DNA of 64,000 nucleotides from Ruminiclostridium sp. (GTDB lineage Bacteria > Bacillota > Clostridia > Oscillospirales > Ruminococcaceae), in assembly GCA_045532185.1 (NCBI GenBank), contig JAZSFL010000011.1, forward strand, positions 15,178 to 79,177, given 5' to 3'. Below the pieces are notes generated by a model. It ran no database searches. It was not told the origin of the DNA and saw nothing but the letters and a program-made list of their open reading frames with translations. Position numbers and translations under genes: made by a program. Of the stretch, positions 9,888 to 19,539 are shown piece by piece (position 1 is the first letter of the stretch; every line of letters begins with the position of its first letter).

Positions 9888-10739
9888 TTATTTTTCTTCC
9901 TTTTTTTCTACAAGGTACTCAATTTCGCTGTGCTGCTTTGTAAAGCAGATTACAAAGAGGAATGCCGCCGAAATCAGCATAACTGCCGCAGCGTCGGGAG
10001 AAACCGCGCTCATACCCGATACAGCCTCGCCGCCGAAAGCCAGCGCAAGAAGCTTGGATATTACGTGAGTGCCCGAGAAAAAGAACGCAAGCCCTGCCAC
10101 GAAAATTTCTCTTGGACGGGAGCGCTTTGTCTCAAGTCTTGCGTAGAATCTTGTAAGCGCAGTGAATAAGAGAGTTCCCGAAACGTAAATAAAGAGCAGG
10201 ATAAGATTATCCGAATGGTTCTTTATAATAAGGTCGCCCATAAACAGCTCAACTGCCTGAGAGAACATTATAAGAGAGGGGAAAATGTTGAGATAACCCG
10301 AAATTGCGGGAGGGACGGTGCTTTTCATAAGTAAAAGGCCCATTGCCGCAAAGAAGCCCACTGCCGCAACCATGGCGATTGTTCTGAAAAGCCCGCCGCT
10401 TTCTTCGACAAAAAGCTGATAGAGTTTTAAAACGGCGGCAAGGAGATATGACGCACCCAGGAAAATGGTAGCCTTACTGTCCATGCCTGCGGAGGATACG
10501 GTAAAGGCTGTCCACTTTTTATATGAGCCGAGAATTGTAAGTCCCAGAAGACCTGCGATTGCCACTGCGGAAATTATATAGATGAGAGCGCCCATAGGCT
10601 CCGCGCCGTTTCTGAAGAAGCCTGTTTCATAGTCAATAACCGAAACGTACTGGAAAAACCGTACGGCGGAAGCAATAATAATGGCAGCTGTCATGCATAC
10701 AAGGAAAAGCTTTCCTGTTTTTTCTTTCATAGATATCAT
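9888..10739 (-). CDS. Polytopic membrane protein, unknown function
   Basis: 283 aa with about 8 hydrophobic segments; co-oriented with the lipoprotein and regulator. Confidence 0.75.
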   Translation of the reverse strand: MISMKEKTGKLFLVCMTAAIIIASAVRFFQYVSVIDYETGFFRNGAEPMGALIYIISAVAIAGLLGLTILGSYKKWTAFTVSSAGMDSKATIFLGASYLLAAVLKLYQLFVEESGGLFRTIAMVAAVGFFAAMGLLLMKSTVPPAISGYLNIFPSLIMFSQAVELFMGDLIIKNHSDNLILLFIYVSGTLLFTALTRFYARLETKRSRPREIFVAGLAFFFSGTHVISKLLALAFGGEAVSGMSAVSPDAAAVMLISAAFLFVICFTKQHSEIEYLVEKKEEK

Positions 10740-10834
10740 GTCCTTTGCAAAAATACTTCTGTTACTTATTATATTCTATTTTAACCATTAAGTCAATATA
10801 AAGAAAAAACAAAAATTACAGCAGAGCAGTAAAA

Positions 10835-11131
10835 AAACGGGGCGGACACAGTCTGCCCCGTACCAGTTTGTTGAAAAAGAATTTTTCGACAAACTGGTAG
10901 CCTGCGATAGGCACACGCAGACAAGGAAAAAGTCCCGACAGGCGTGCATGGGTACGTTGAGGGGCTTTTGACGAAGTAAGCAAAAACAATTTCGCAGAGC
11001 CGGTTTTCGGCTCTGCGAAATTTTTGTGCACTAACTTTCAAAATTCCGCTTTTTAAAATCTCTTAATCTGTGTTTTTGCGGTGCGTGGGTTTATCGACAG
11101 GCTGAAACGGGGCGGACACAGTCCGCCCCGT
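10835..11131. mobile_element. Non-autonomous miniature element (probable IS1182-family MITE, 10862-11104) flanked by a duplicated 27-bp terminator hairpin
   Basis: Direct repeats AAACGGGGCGGACACAGTC(T/C)GCCCCGT at 10835-10861 and 11105-11131. Imperfect terminal IRs CAGTTTGTTGAAAAA / reverse complement CAGCCTGTCGATAAA. No credible ORF inside. Confidence 0.65.
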
Positions 11132-11136
11132 TCTTG

Positions 11137-14100
11137 TTATTCATACAGCTCCCGTAAAAGCATATAATACCACGCCGCTGAACCTGTATACAGCGACCAG
11201 CCGCCTCTGCCGTAAGCCTGAGGATTGGTATACACATCCGCCGACATATAATACGGCTCATTTCTGTAGATTTCGGGGCGGTTTGCGGGCGAAAGGTATT
11301 CCGTAAGTCTCTTCGCCGTTTTCCTGTCACCGTTTCTCAAAAATGCCAGTGCCAGCCATATAGCGCCGTGGGTGTATTGTCCGCCGTTTTCACGGACTCC
11401 CTCGGGATAGCTCTTCACATAGCCGGGGTCTTTTTCGCTTTCTGCGGAAAATGCCGGTGTAAACAGCTTTATGATGCCGCCTGTTTCGTCCACAAGTTCT
11501 TTGTACGCGCTGTCCAGTGCGGATTTCCGCTTTTCCTCGTCGGGAATATCCGAGAGAACGGAAAACGCCTGAGGAAGCAGGTCAATTTTACAGCAGTCGC
11601 TGTCACGGCTGCCCATTTTTGTTCCGTCATCGTAGAATGCGCGCAGGAAATATCCGTTTTCGTAAGCATTTCCGGTTATTGCCGAGGTAAGCTCCGCCGC
11701 CCGCTTTTCAAGCTCCTGAGCGTATTCCTCTTCATGCATTTTCCGCGCAAGGGGAGCAAAATCCTTTACGACGAGGACGTAGAACATTGCGAGCCAGACG
11801 CTTTCTCCTCGGCCGCCAGAACCAACACGGTTATAACCATCATTCCAATCGCCGCCAGCAATCTGAACAAGCCCCTTATCGCCCTTTTTGAAGCCTTTTT
11901 CAAGTGCCTTTTTGCAATGAATATATACATTTTCTGAAGCATCGCTGATTTTCACCTCCATATATCTTTCGTGTGCGCCTCTGAGTTCTTCGCCCTCAAC
12001 ATACCGCACATGCAGTTTTAAAATACCGTCGTCTCCTGTCTCCTTTACATAGTGTGCCGTCACATAGGGAAGCCACAGAAGGTCGTCGGAGCAGAATGTC
12101 CGAACGCCCCGTCTTCCTGCTCCTGTTCTGTGCCACCAGTGAAGCACATCGCCCTCTATAAACTGTGACGCACAGCAGTTAAGAATCTGCCGCTTTGCCT
12201 CTTCGGGCGAAAAATACACTGCCGCCATGCTGTCCTGAAGCTGGTCACGGAAACCGAAGGCTCCGCCGTTCTGATAGAAGCCGCTCCTTGCCCACATACG
12301 ACAGCCCAGTACCTGCCAGGGAAGCCATGTGTTGTAAAGCTTGTTCAGAACGGGAGAATTACTGTTCAGCACGGGGGATTTCTTCTTTTCCCACTCTGTG
12401 CCCACATTCGCGAAGGATTCAAGCTGTTTGCGACTGTTATTCTTTGCGTAGGCGAGAATGAATTTCACTTTCGCCGTTTCATCGGGTTTTACCTTTACCT
12501 TTGCAGTAAGAGCGATGCACCCGTTCATACAGGGCATGATACCGCTGTCGGTGACGCCTGCCATGAACCATTCGCGGTTGGTGGTACGCACCGTTTCCCT
12601 GTCGCAGTAAACTGCTGTTTCCCCGCGGAAAGCACCGTTTCCGCCCTTTGCGTATACGGCGTTTTCATCTTCTGTGAAGGAAAGGCCTGCGCCGTAGTTA
12701 TTTGCAGACCTGTCAAATCCCAGAACAGGCTCAACATAGTAGGAAAGGGAGATTTTCTTCTCGCTTCTGCCTGTATTTGTTACCGAAACGGTAATTTCCT
12801 TACCCATGCCCTTCTGATAGACGCGGACAGCGGTGTGGTACTGCATATCCTTTATTTTTCCGTGGTAATCTGCCTTATTCGGTGAAAAAACCGCCCGTGC
12901 ACCCTTTATGATGTCGTAATATTTTCCTGTGCCTTTTACAAGAAGCATTTCCCCGTCATTATCGTGCATGGTATCGTTGTACCAGGGGGTAAGCTTGTTC
13001 TCCCTGCTGTTTATGGCATAGGTGAAGCCGAGAGAGTTCTGGGAGACGATACAGCCGAAATTGCGCGAAGCAATCACATTGCACCAGGGATGCCCCTTTT
13101 TGTCGATAATGAAGCAGTTTTCGCCGAAACCTTCTCTGCCTCCTGATTTATCGGGTTCACACGGCACGATATCCATAAGCTTCGGGGGAGCTTTTTTGAT
13201 TTCGGATTTTCCGAAGACAAACACCGCGGATTTATACAGTATTCCCTTTTCTTCGTCAGACAGGGTGCTTTTTATAATCACCGAGGCGTTTATATTATTT
13301 TCCGACACAAGTCCCGAAATATACCGCTGGCGGGCTTCGTCACTGCATAAAATGGCAAGCTCCGCATTTATTCCGCAGTCAGCAAGCCCGTTCATCGCCA
13401 GCACAGTGCCCTCAAGATTCATATTGTCCCCGTCGTAATCGTAAACAAACAGGGGCAGATGGGGCGTCAGCCCGAAGCGGATCAGACTTTCCCTTGTGAG
13501 GGAGGTTTCAGCGTTCAGGATTTCCTCACAGGTGATATTGCGGTAAATAAGAGGAACAAGAATCTTCCGCGCAAGCTGCCCCTGCAGAGTTGTTTTCGGC
13601 AATGGCGAAACAGGCGGCTTTTCTTCCTTTCCCGAACGGATATCGTGACAGATACCCAGCACCTCGTCCCTGCTCTGCCCGTAGCATATAAACAGCTCTG
13701 TGGTGAATTTATGGCCGTTGCCGATTTTCACGGGAAGGTCAATAAAAATACAGGGTGACGGCACATAACAGGAATTGTTTTCGCCCTTTCCCGCATTATC
13801 CGTAAAGGAAAGGGGTCGGTCGTAGCTGAGAACCGCCTCACGGCTGAACGAATAGTTGAAATCCGCCGCCTCCTTAAAGCCGATACAAAGCCAGATTTCC
13901 TCGTCGCTGTCACGGTTCTTGCGGTGGGCAAGCACTACGTTTTCATTGCCCTCGTACTCGGTTTTAAGGAACATATCCCCGAAAGCGGGGTGGGCGGCGT
14001 AGGCATTATCATCCATAAGGCATGGCCGCAGAAAGGCGGTAAGGCTTACATTCTTTTCCGTTCCTGAAATATTTTCAATGGCAAATTCACGGATTTCCGC

Positions 14101-17100
14101 CGCATTCTCTCCGAAAAGGGACAGCTTCATTCCGTTTCTCAGGGACGGTGAATTTACGTAGTATTCTACGTGATTTTCTCCTGAAACTACGCTCCGTTCA
14201 AGGCTTCCGCCCCTGTCGTAAGCGGTCAGGAAGAAGGGTATCTCCCTTTCCCCGTCAGCAACCGCAAAGAACATTCCGTCGGGGCGTCTTAAAAAGTCGG
14301 GAGATTTTACCATTGTGCTCCGTCCCATATATTTGCCGTAATAGAGTCCTGTATCCGTTGCAAAAACGGACAGCTTACGGTTAGCGGCAATGCTTATTTC
14401 GGGGCGCAGAACCGAAAATGCGGTGCTTTCCTCGGTCTGCTCCCGTGGCTGAGACCTGTCACGGAGCTTCTTTATATCAATAATTCTTTCACCTGTCATA
14501 ATTTTTTCCTCCAGCAGTTCGCTCGCTCCTGCCATAATTTCGTCCGACAGGAACAGCTTTTTCAGTACGCCGTCACACAGTGCGTTTGTGATACCGCCCA
14601 TACTCATTCCTATATGGTGGGCCATATGACTTTTTACAACACCTTCCCCTGAGCCTGTCCTGTGAGGGGTCAGGTCGATAGCCTCGAAACAGCCGTATTT
14701 TCCGTGAGTGAATTCAGGCTGACTGAGCCTTGCAAAATTCGTCATACAGGCGTTAAAGCTATGTGACAGGGCTAAAAAAGTGGAATAGGGGCTTATTACA
14801 TATTCCCTGTTCATTCCGCCGCAAAGGGCGAGAGCCTGCACACCGTGAGCCTTATAAAGATAGTTCAGCTCACGGTCAAAGGAATAGTATGCACTTTCCG
14901 AAACCCCGAAGGGCAGTCCTTTTCGTCTGCCTCTTTCCCTCTGACAGTGGACGGCATATTTCAGCGCCTCGAAGCTGAGGCTTCCCCTTCTTGATTCAAG
15001 CAGTAATTCTGGCATAAAGAATTCAAACATTGTTCCCGTCCACGCAACGGGTCCTGCATATTTTCCGCTTCTGCTCATTGTTCTTGAAAGTGACTGCCAG
15101 TGCTTTTTGGGTGCCTGCCCTGTGGCAATGGCAAAGTAGCTGAACATCCGCGCTTCTGACATAAGCATATCGTAGCAGTTAGGGGTAAGCTTTCCTGTTT
15201 TTGCATTTATTCCCGTGGAAAAGAGATTTCTGGGCTTGTTGTAGAAAATTCGCAGGTCCGCACCGTTTATGATTTTTTCCATTCGGTGTAAAAGCTCCCC
15301 ATTGTCACGTTTTTTTCGCACCCATTCCTTTACGGCAACCATACAGCAGAGGAAATTACCGCTGTCCACGGAGGAAACGAAATCTCCCAGCACAGAAAGA
15401 TTTTCCGTGCTGTACCAGTTGTAGAGATTGCCTCTGTATTTCTCCATTTTTTCAACGGTGGAAATTGTACGGGAGATACAGGTTTCCGCTGTTTCATTGT
15501 CGGCAATCTGAAGTTCTGCCGCGCAGACGCAGGACAGAAGATACATACCGATATTTGTGGGAGAAGTGCGTCTTGCCACACGGTAAACAGGAGTGTACTG
15601 AACATTATCGGGGGGCAGGAAGTTTTCTTCTTCCGTTACATAGTCTGTGAAGAACGCCCAGTGCTTTTCCGCTTCCGCCATAAGGTCAAGACGGTCAGAC
15701 GGCTTGATTCTAAGGCGGTCCGAGGGGATTACGCGGTCAAGGCATACCGCCGCAACGGGTGCGCACACCATAAACAGGGAAACAATAGCCGTGAATACAT
15801 TGTTATAGTATACGCTTACCGAAAACAGAGCCAGCGAAATAATTTCAGGTATGATAAATCCGCCGTAGCCTACGGCGCTCACTTTGTCGAAAGCGGAGGC
15901 GGTTGTCCACTGGAGCAGGTGTTTTCCCGCAATCACACGGTAAAGGGTGCGGATAAAGGCGTCAGCCGACTCGTATGCGTTTTTTGAGAGGAAGATTATC
16001 TCCCCGAAAAGCTGTGACACCAGGGTACGGCTCTGTGAAAGAAAAGGGGAATAGAATTCTCTTGTGTTGGAAAATCCGATACCTTTCAGGGCAATGGGTA
16101 CAAGCCCTATGAGATACGGTAGGATAAGTGAAAGCACCGTTACAGCTGCAGGGAATGTATAACCGTAAACCGCTGAGAAAAACAATGCCGAAAGGGCGTA
16201 GAAGGGTGCAAGTGCACGGCGGATATTTTCCGAAAGCTTGAATTTTGTCAGAACCGAAAATCGTTTATCAAAAAGGAACTGCCAGTTCTGGAAATCTCCC
16301 CTCATCCAGCGGTGATTGCGGCGGAAAAAGCCCTTTGTGGTAGGCGGAAAGCTGTCCCCGAATTCAATATCGCCGCAGTAGAGAACGGTCATAAGACCTC
16401 CCTCGAGAATATCGTGGGAGAGAATCTTCTCATCGGGGAATGCACCGCACACCTTTTCATAATAATCCTCTGTGCGGATAAGTCCTTTTCCTGTGAAGAT
16501 TCCCTCCCCGAAGCAGGCGGAGTACAGCTCAATATCCGCATTGTCGTAGGCACTTGCGCCGCAGCAACCTCCGTTTCCGCTCCAGAGCCGTGACAGGCCT
16601 GTCCGTGCCGAGGAATCAAGTGTAGTGGTGATGCGGGGAGCGAAAATGCCATAATCCTTGTTCACGGGGTGGATTGCCGCCGCAACAAGTCCGTTTATAC
16701 TATCCATAAAGGGGATGGTGTCATAATCGAGAGCACAGATAAAGGGTGCGCCGCGAAGCAGGGGCAAATCCCCCGAGGTATATCGGAAAGAAATGTTTTC
16801 CCCGTTTATATAACGCACAAGATCGTCGATTGCGCCTCTTTTGCGCTCCTTGCCCTGATACATACCCTGAGTATTGCTGTAATCGCGATGCCTCACTAGT
16901 ATGATAAAATCCGTTTTGGGGATTGCATCGAGAACAGCGTTGTCGTTTTCGGTTTCCCTTGTTTTCGCAGGGGGTAGGTCGCACAGCAGACAGAACACAA
17001 GATTTTTGTCCTTGTTACGGATTTTTGCCTGCTCCAGGCGGCTTATCCCCTCGGTTATGCTTTCGGGGGAATCCGCCAGCACGCTTAAAGCGCATACGGT

Positions 17101-17895
17101 TGTATACTTTTCGGCTTCGTCCGTCGTATATGAGGGTGTAAGGGGCTTGTCCGCATTTCTCATCAGGATATGGTCAATAACTGTCTTGGAAATTGCCAGT
17201 GCAGGTGCAAAAACGTTGAGTCCCACCACCCAGTCGGAAAAATAAACTGTCACAAGGGTTATAAAAACCGACGAAAGCATAATTGCGGCAATATACCATG
17301 GCACATTTACCTTCGGAAAAACGCGGAGATAGTCGTGGGTGACAACCTCGCACACACTGAGATTACCGTTTTCCGCAAGCTTCATATACTCTTTTGAGAG
17401 ACGCTCCTCAGGAATTTCCGTTTCGGCGGCGGTTTTTTCGGTAAGGGCGCGGATATGTGCCCTTGTCTCAGGGGTGCTGAGGCGGTAGGCTTCATCCTGC
17501 ATATATAAAAGGTGCAGCGGGTTCAGGGTGTTGTTTATTTCTTCGCAGTCAATATCCCCTGCACAGTAGTATGCATTTTCCGCTTCTTCGCTGTCGCCTG
17601 CTTTAAGTATAAGACCATACCGCATCTGCCACATCAGCGAAGAAAAATCGCTGTTGCGCAGTTTCCCTTCGTACGGGCGCAGAAGCTCCGTCATTTTTTC
17701 GGTATCAGGCAAAATTTCCGCCTGTATTATAGCTGAAATAAGCGGGATTTTTCCGGGAAAGGCAACACTGTAAGGGGGGATTTCGCGGATAAGCGAGGTG
17801 CATTCCGTTGCAAGGCGGAACCTGCCGCTTTTTATGAATCTGCGTCGCAGATTCCTCAGATTTCTGCATAAGGGCTTTAAGTTTCGGTAAATCAT
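11137..17895 (-). CDS. Cyclic beta-1,2-glucan synthase-like protein (Cgs/NdvB: GT84 + glucoamylase-like domain + GH94)
   Basis: GKERKRGA, GEGIFTGKG, LSHDILEG, RNHRWMRGDFQ, PPDNVQ..RTSPTNIG, WTGTMFEFFMP, FGVSES, RSGFYQNGGAFGFRDQLQD, GDWNDG, ENGGQYTHGA, GRGGWSLYTGSAAW. Start set at the ATG (17895) that has an AGAAAGGA RBS. Confidence 0.85.
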   Translation of the reverse strand: MIYRNLKPLCRNLRNLRRRFIKSGRFRLATECTSLIREIPPYSVAFPGKIPLISAIIQAEILPDTEKMTELLRPYEGKLRNSDFSSLMWQMRYGLILKAGDSEEAENAYYCAGDIDCEEINNTLNPLHLLYMQDEAYRLSTPETRAHIRALTEKTAAETEIPEERLSKEYMKLAENGNLSVCEVVTHDYLRVFPKVNVPWYIAAIMLSSVFITLVTVYFSDWVVGLNVFAPALAISKTVIDHILMRNADKPLTPSYTTDEAEKYTTVCALSVLADSPESITEGISRLEQAKIRNKDKNLVFCLLCDLPPAKTRETENDNAVLDAIPKTDFIILVRHRDYSNTQGMYQGKERKRGAIDDLVRYINGENISFRYTSGDLPLLRGAPFICALDYDTIPFMDSINGLVAAAIHPVNKDYGIFAPRITTTLDSSARTGLSRLWSGNGGCCGASAYDNADIELYSACFGEGIFTGKGLIRTEDYYEKVCGAFPDEKILSHDILEGGLMTVLYCGDIEFGDSFPPTTKGFFRRNHRWMRGDFQNWQFLFDKRFSVLTKFKLSENIRRALAPFYALSALFFSAVYGYTFPAAVTVLSLILPYLIGLVPIALKGIGFSNTREFYSPFLSQSRTLVSQLFGEIIFLSKNAYESADAFIRTLYRVIAGKHLLQWTTASAFDKVSAVGYGGFIIPEIISLALFSVSVYYNNVFTAIVSLFMVCAPVAAVCLDRVIPSDRLRIKPSDRLDLMAEAEKHWAFFTDYVTEEENFLPPDNVQYTPVYRVARRTSPTNIGMYLLSCVCAAELQIADNETAETCISRTISTVEKMEKYRGNLYNWYSTENLSVLGDFVSSVDSGNFLCCMVAVKEWVRKKRDNGELLHRMEKIINGADLRIFYNKPRNLFSTGINAKTGKLTPNCYDMLMSEARMFSYFAIATGQAPKKHWQSLSRTMSRSGKYAGPVAWTGTMFEFFMPELLLESRRGSLSFEALKYAVHCQRERGRRKGLPFGVSESAYYSFDRELNYLYKAHGVQALALCGGMNREYVISPYSTFLALSHSFNACMTNFARLSQPEFTHGKYGCFEAIDLTPHRTGSGEGVVKSHMAHHIGMSMGGITNALCDGVLKKLFLSDEIMAGASELLEEKIMTGERIIDIKKLRDRSQPREQTEESTAFSVLRPEISIAANRKLSVFATDTGLYYGKYMGRSTMVKSPDFLRRPDGMFFAVADGEREIPFFLTAYDRGGSLERSVVSGENHVEYYVNSPSLRNGMKLSLFGENAAEIREFAIENISGTEKNVSLTAFLRPCLMDDNAYAAHPAFGDMFLKTEYEGNENVVLAHRKNRDSDEEIWLCIGFKEAADFNYSFSREAVLSYDRPLSFTDNAGKGENNSCYVPSPCIFIDLPVKIGNGHKFTTELFICYGQSRDEVLGICHDIRSGKEEKPPVSPLPKTTLQGQLARKILVPLIYRNITCEEILNAETSLTRESLIRFGLTPHLPLFVYDYDGDNMNLEGTVLAMNGLADCGINAELAILCSDEARQRYISGLVSENNINASVIIKSTLSDEEKGILYKSAVFVFGKSEIKKAPPKLMDIVPCEPDKSGGREGFGENCFIIDKKGHPWCNVIASRNFGCIVSQNSLGFTYAINSRENKLTPWYNDTMHDNDGEMLLVKGTGKYYDIIKGARAVFSPNKADYHGKIKDMQYHTAVRVYQKGMGKEITVSVTNTGRSEKKISLSYYVEPVLGFDRSANNYGAGLSFTEDENAVYAKGGNGAFRGETAVYCDRETVRTTNREWFMAGVTDSGIMPCMNGCIALTAKVKVKPDETAKVKFILAYAKNNSRKQLESFANVGTEWEKKKSPVLNSNSPVLNKLYNTWLPWQVLGCRMWARSGFYQNGGAFGFRDQLQDSMAAVYFSPEEAKRQILNCCASQFIEGDVLHWWHRTGAGRRGVRTFCSDDLLWLPYVTAHYVKETGDDGILKLHVRYVEGEELRGAHERYMEVKISDASENVYIHCKKALEKGFKKGDKGLVQIAGGDWNDGYNRVGSGGRGESVWLAMFYVLVVKDFAPLARKMHEEEYAQELEKRAAELTSAITGNAYENGYFLRAFYDDGTKMGSRDSDCCKIDLLPQAFSVLSDIPDEEKRKSALDSAYKELVDETGGIIKLFTPAFSAESEKDPGYVKSYPEGVRENGGQYTHGAIWLALAFLRNGDRKTAKRLTEYLSPANRPEIYRNEPYYMSADVYTNPQAYGRGGWSLYTGSAAWYYMLLRELYE

Positions 17896-18008
17896 AATAC
17901 TGTCCTTTCTGACCATATATGTATAGCGTCAGACTTAGTATTGCCCGATTTATGTATATTATTTCACGGCAATTTCAACAATTCTGCAAAAATTTGCCGT
18001 CCCACCTC

Positions 18009-18037
18009 TTGATTTTTTGAACAATATGTTGTATAAT
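18009..18037 (+). promoter_or_regulatory. Sigma-A promoter upstream of the atp gene cluster
   Basis: TTGATT-N17-TATAAT. Confidence 0.55.
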
Positions 18038-18113
18038 ACTATTATCTTTAGTTGGTGGAATATACCAATATTTTAAGATTTATTAACTAATTATATAAAA
18101 GGATTGAATTGAA

Positions 18114-18788
18114 ATGGGTATAAAAGGCAAATATCCCGAGAGCACCCCTCTCTATGCGGCATTCCTGTCAGCAGGTGCAGTTGCCGCTATTGCAGCGTTT
18201 GCTATCGTGATGCATATGAATGCGGATAAGCTTCCCTCATCTTCGGGCAGCACCGCCGCAACAACCACAACAACCGCACAGACAGAGCCTCAGGGATATG
18301 TTCCCGAAGAGGAGCTGAGTATAGAAATGAAGGACAGTGCAATTGAACTTATAGGCTCCAACTATGAGGTTCTGAAGCTTTATTTCACAGCAGGACTCAA
18401 CCATAAGGACGAACCTTACGGAAATGCTCCTGAGGACGGTTACTATACCGTTGACGACAGCGAATATACTTCCCTTGCACAGCTTGAAGAGCTTGTTGAC
18501 GGCACATTTGTCCCCGACCAGGCTCAGGCTATCAAGCAGAATTCTCTGGGCTACGGTCCTGTTTATAAGGAAAGAAGCAACGGAGACCTGGGTATTTTCG
18601 AGAACTTTACCCCCATGCCCTATGATATTTCGTGGAACAACCCCGATTTTAAAATCGAACCTGTCAGCGATGAAGAATGTATTATAAATGTAACGCTTCA
18701 TAACCGCAGCGACGACTCAGAGGTTGTACTCAGGGGTGAAATGATAAAGACAGAGGACGGCTGGCGCCTTAAAACAATCCTCTATTAA
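18114..18788 (+). CDS. Membrane-anchored extracellular protein, possibly IseA (DL-endopeptidase inhibitor)-like
   Basis: N-terminal TM, Ser/Thr linker, acidic domain ending MIKTEDGWRL. The IseA resemblance is by eye only. Confidence 0.6.
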   Translation: MGIKGKYPESTPLYAAFLSAGAVAAIAAFAIVMHMNADKLPSSSGSTAATTTTTAQTEPQGYVPEEELSIEMKDSAIELIGSNYEVLKLYFTAGLNHKDEPYGNAPEDGYYTVDDSEYTSLAQLEELVDGTFVPDQAQAIKQNSLGYGPVYKERSNGDLGIFENFTPMPYDISWNNPDFKIEPVSDEECIINVTLHNRSDDSEVVLRGEMIKTEDGWRLKTILY

Positions 18789-18812
18789 TGATTTTTGCTG
18801 GGGAGGATTAAA

Positions 18813-19130
18813 ATGGCGAAAAATAAAAAAGATAACCCTGTCGCGGTTTACGCGGTTGTAAGCCACATAGGATTTCTGGTGCTGACGCCGCTGCTGGTGT
18901 TTGTAATAGGCGGAACGGCATTGACATCCCATATGGGATGGCCCGACTGGGTGAATTTCGTGTTTGTGGCGGCAGGCATTATAACCATGCTGTGCAGCTG
19001 TTTCGTGTATCTGAAAAAACTGATAAAGATGTTTGACAGCAGCGAGTCGGGTGCAGGCACCACGGAAGTAAGCCACGACCGTAAGGACCACGACTACTAC
19101 GACGACAGCATCAAGAAAAAAAGATTATGA
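18813..19130 (+). CDS. AtpZ/AtpQ (ATPase gene 1)-family two-TM protein
   Basis: Two TMs (SHIGFLVLTPLL...), GGAGG RBS, directly upstream of atpI. Confidence 0.7.
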   Translation: MAKNKKDNPVAVYAVVSHIGFLVLTPLLVFVIGGTALTSHMGWPDWVNFVFVAAGIITMLCSCFVYLKKLIKMFDSSESGAGTTEVSHDRKDHDYYDDSIKKKRL

Positions 19131-19528
19131 AAAAACGAAAAAATCAGGCGGCTGAGGAGCTTCGTGAGATGCTTCCGTCGTTGCTGCTGTATAATTTGCT
19201 GGTATTGCTGTCCGTGACAGCTATCGGCTTTGTATGGGGCTTCGATTTTCGCCTGTATACAGGACTTCTTGCGGGAAATATACTTATGGCGGCAAATATG
19301 CTGCTTATAGGCGTTACCGCAGGAGCAATAATAAAGACAAGACAGCAGAAACGCGGACAGTTTCTTGCAAACCTGTCCTACGGGCTTCGGTATATCGGCA
19401 TTTTCGTTATACTCGCCCTGCTGCTTACATTTAAACTTGTATCGCCCTTTACGGCGGTTATTCCCCTTTTTTATCCGCGTATCTACTACACAATAGCGGC
19501 GTTCCGCGGAAAATATGACGAAGAATAA
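19127..19528 (+). CDS. atpI: ATP synthase protein I
   Basis: Four TMs, YGLRYI motif, position before atpB. Confidence 0.75.
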   Translation: MKKRKNQAAEELREMLPSLLLYNLLVLLSVTAIGFVWGFDFRLYTGLLAGNILMAANMLLIGVTAGAIIKTRQQKRGQFLANLSYGLRYIGIFVILALLLTFKLVSPFTAVIPLFYPRIYYTIAAFRGKYDEE

Positions 19529-19539
19529 ACAGAAAAGGA

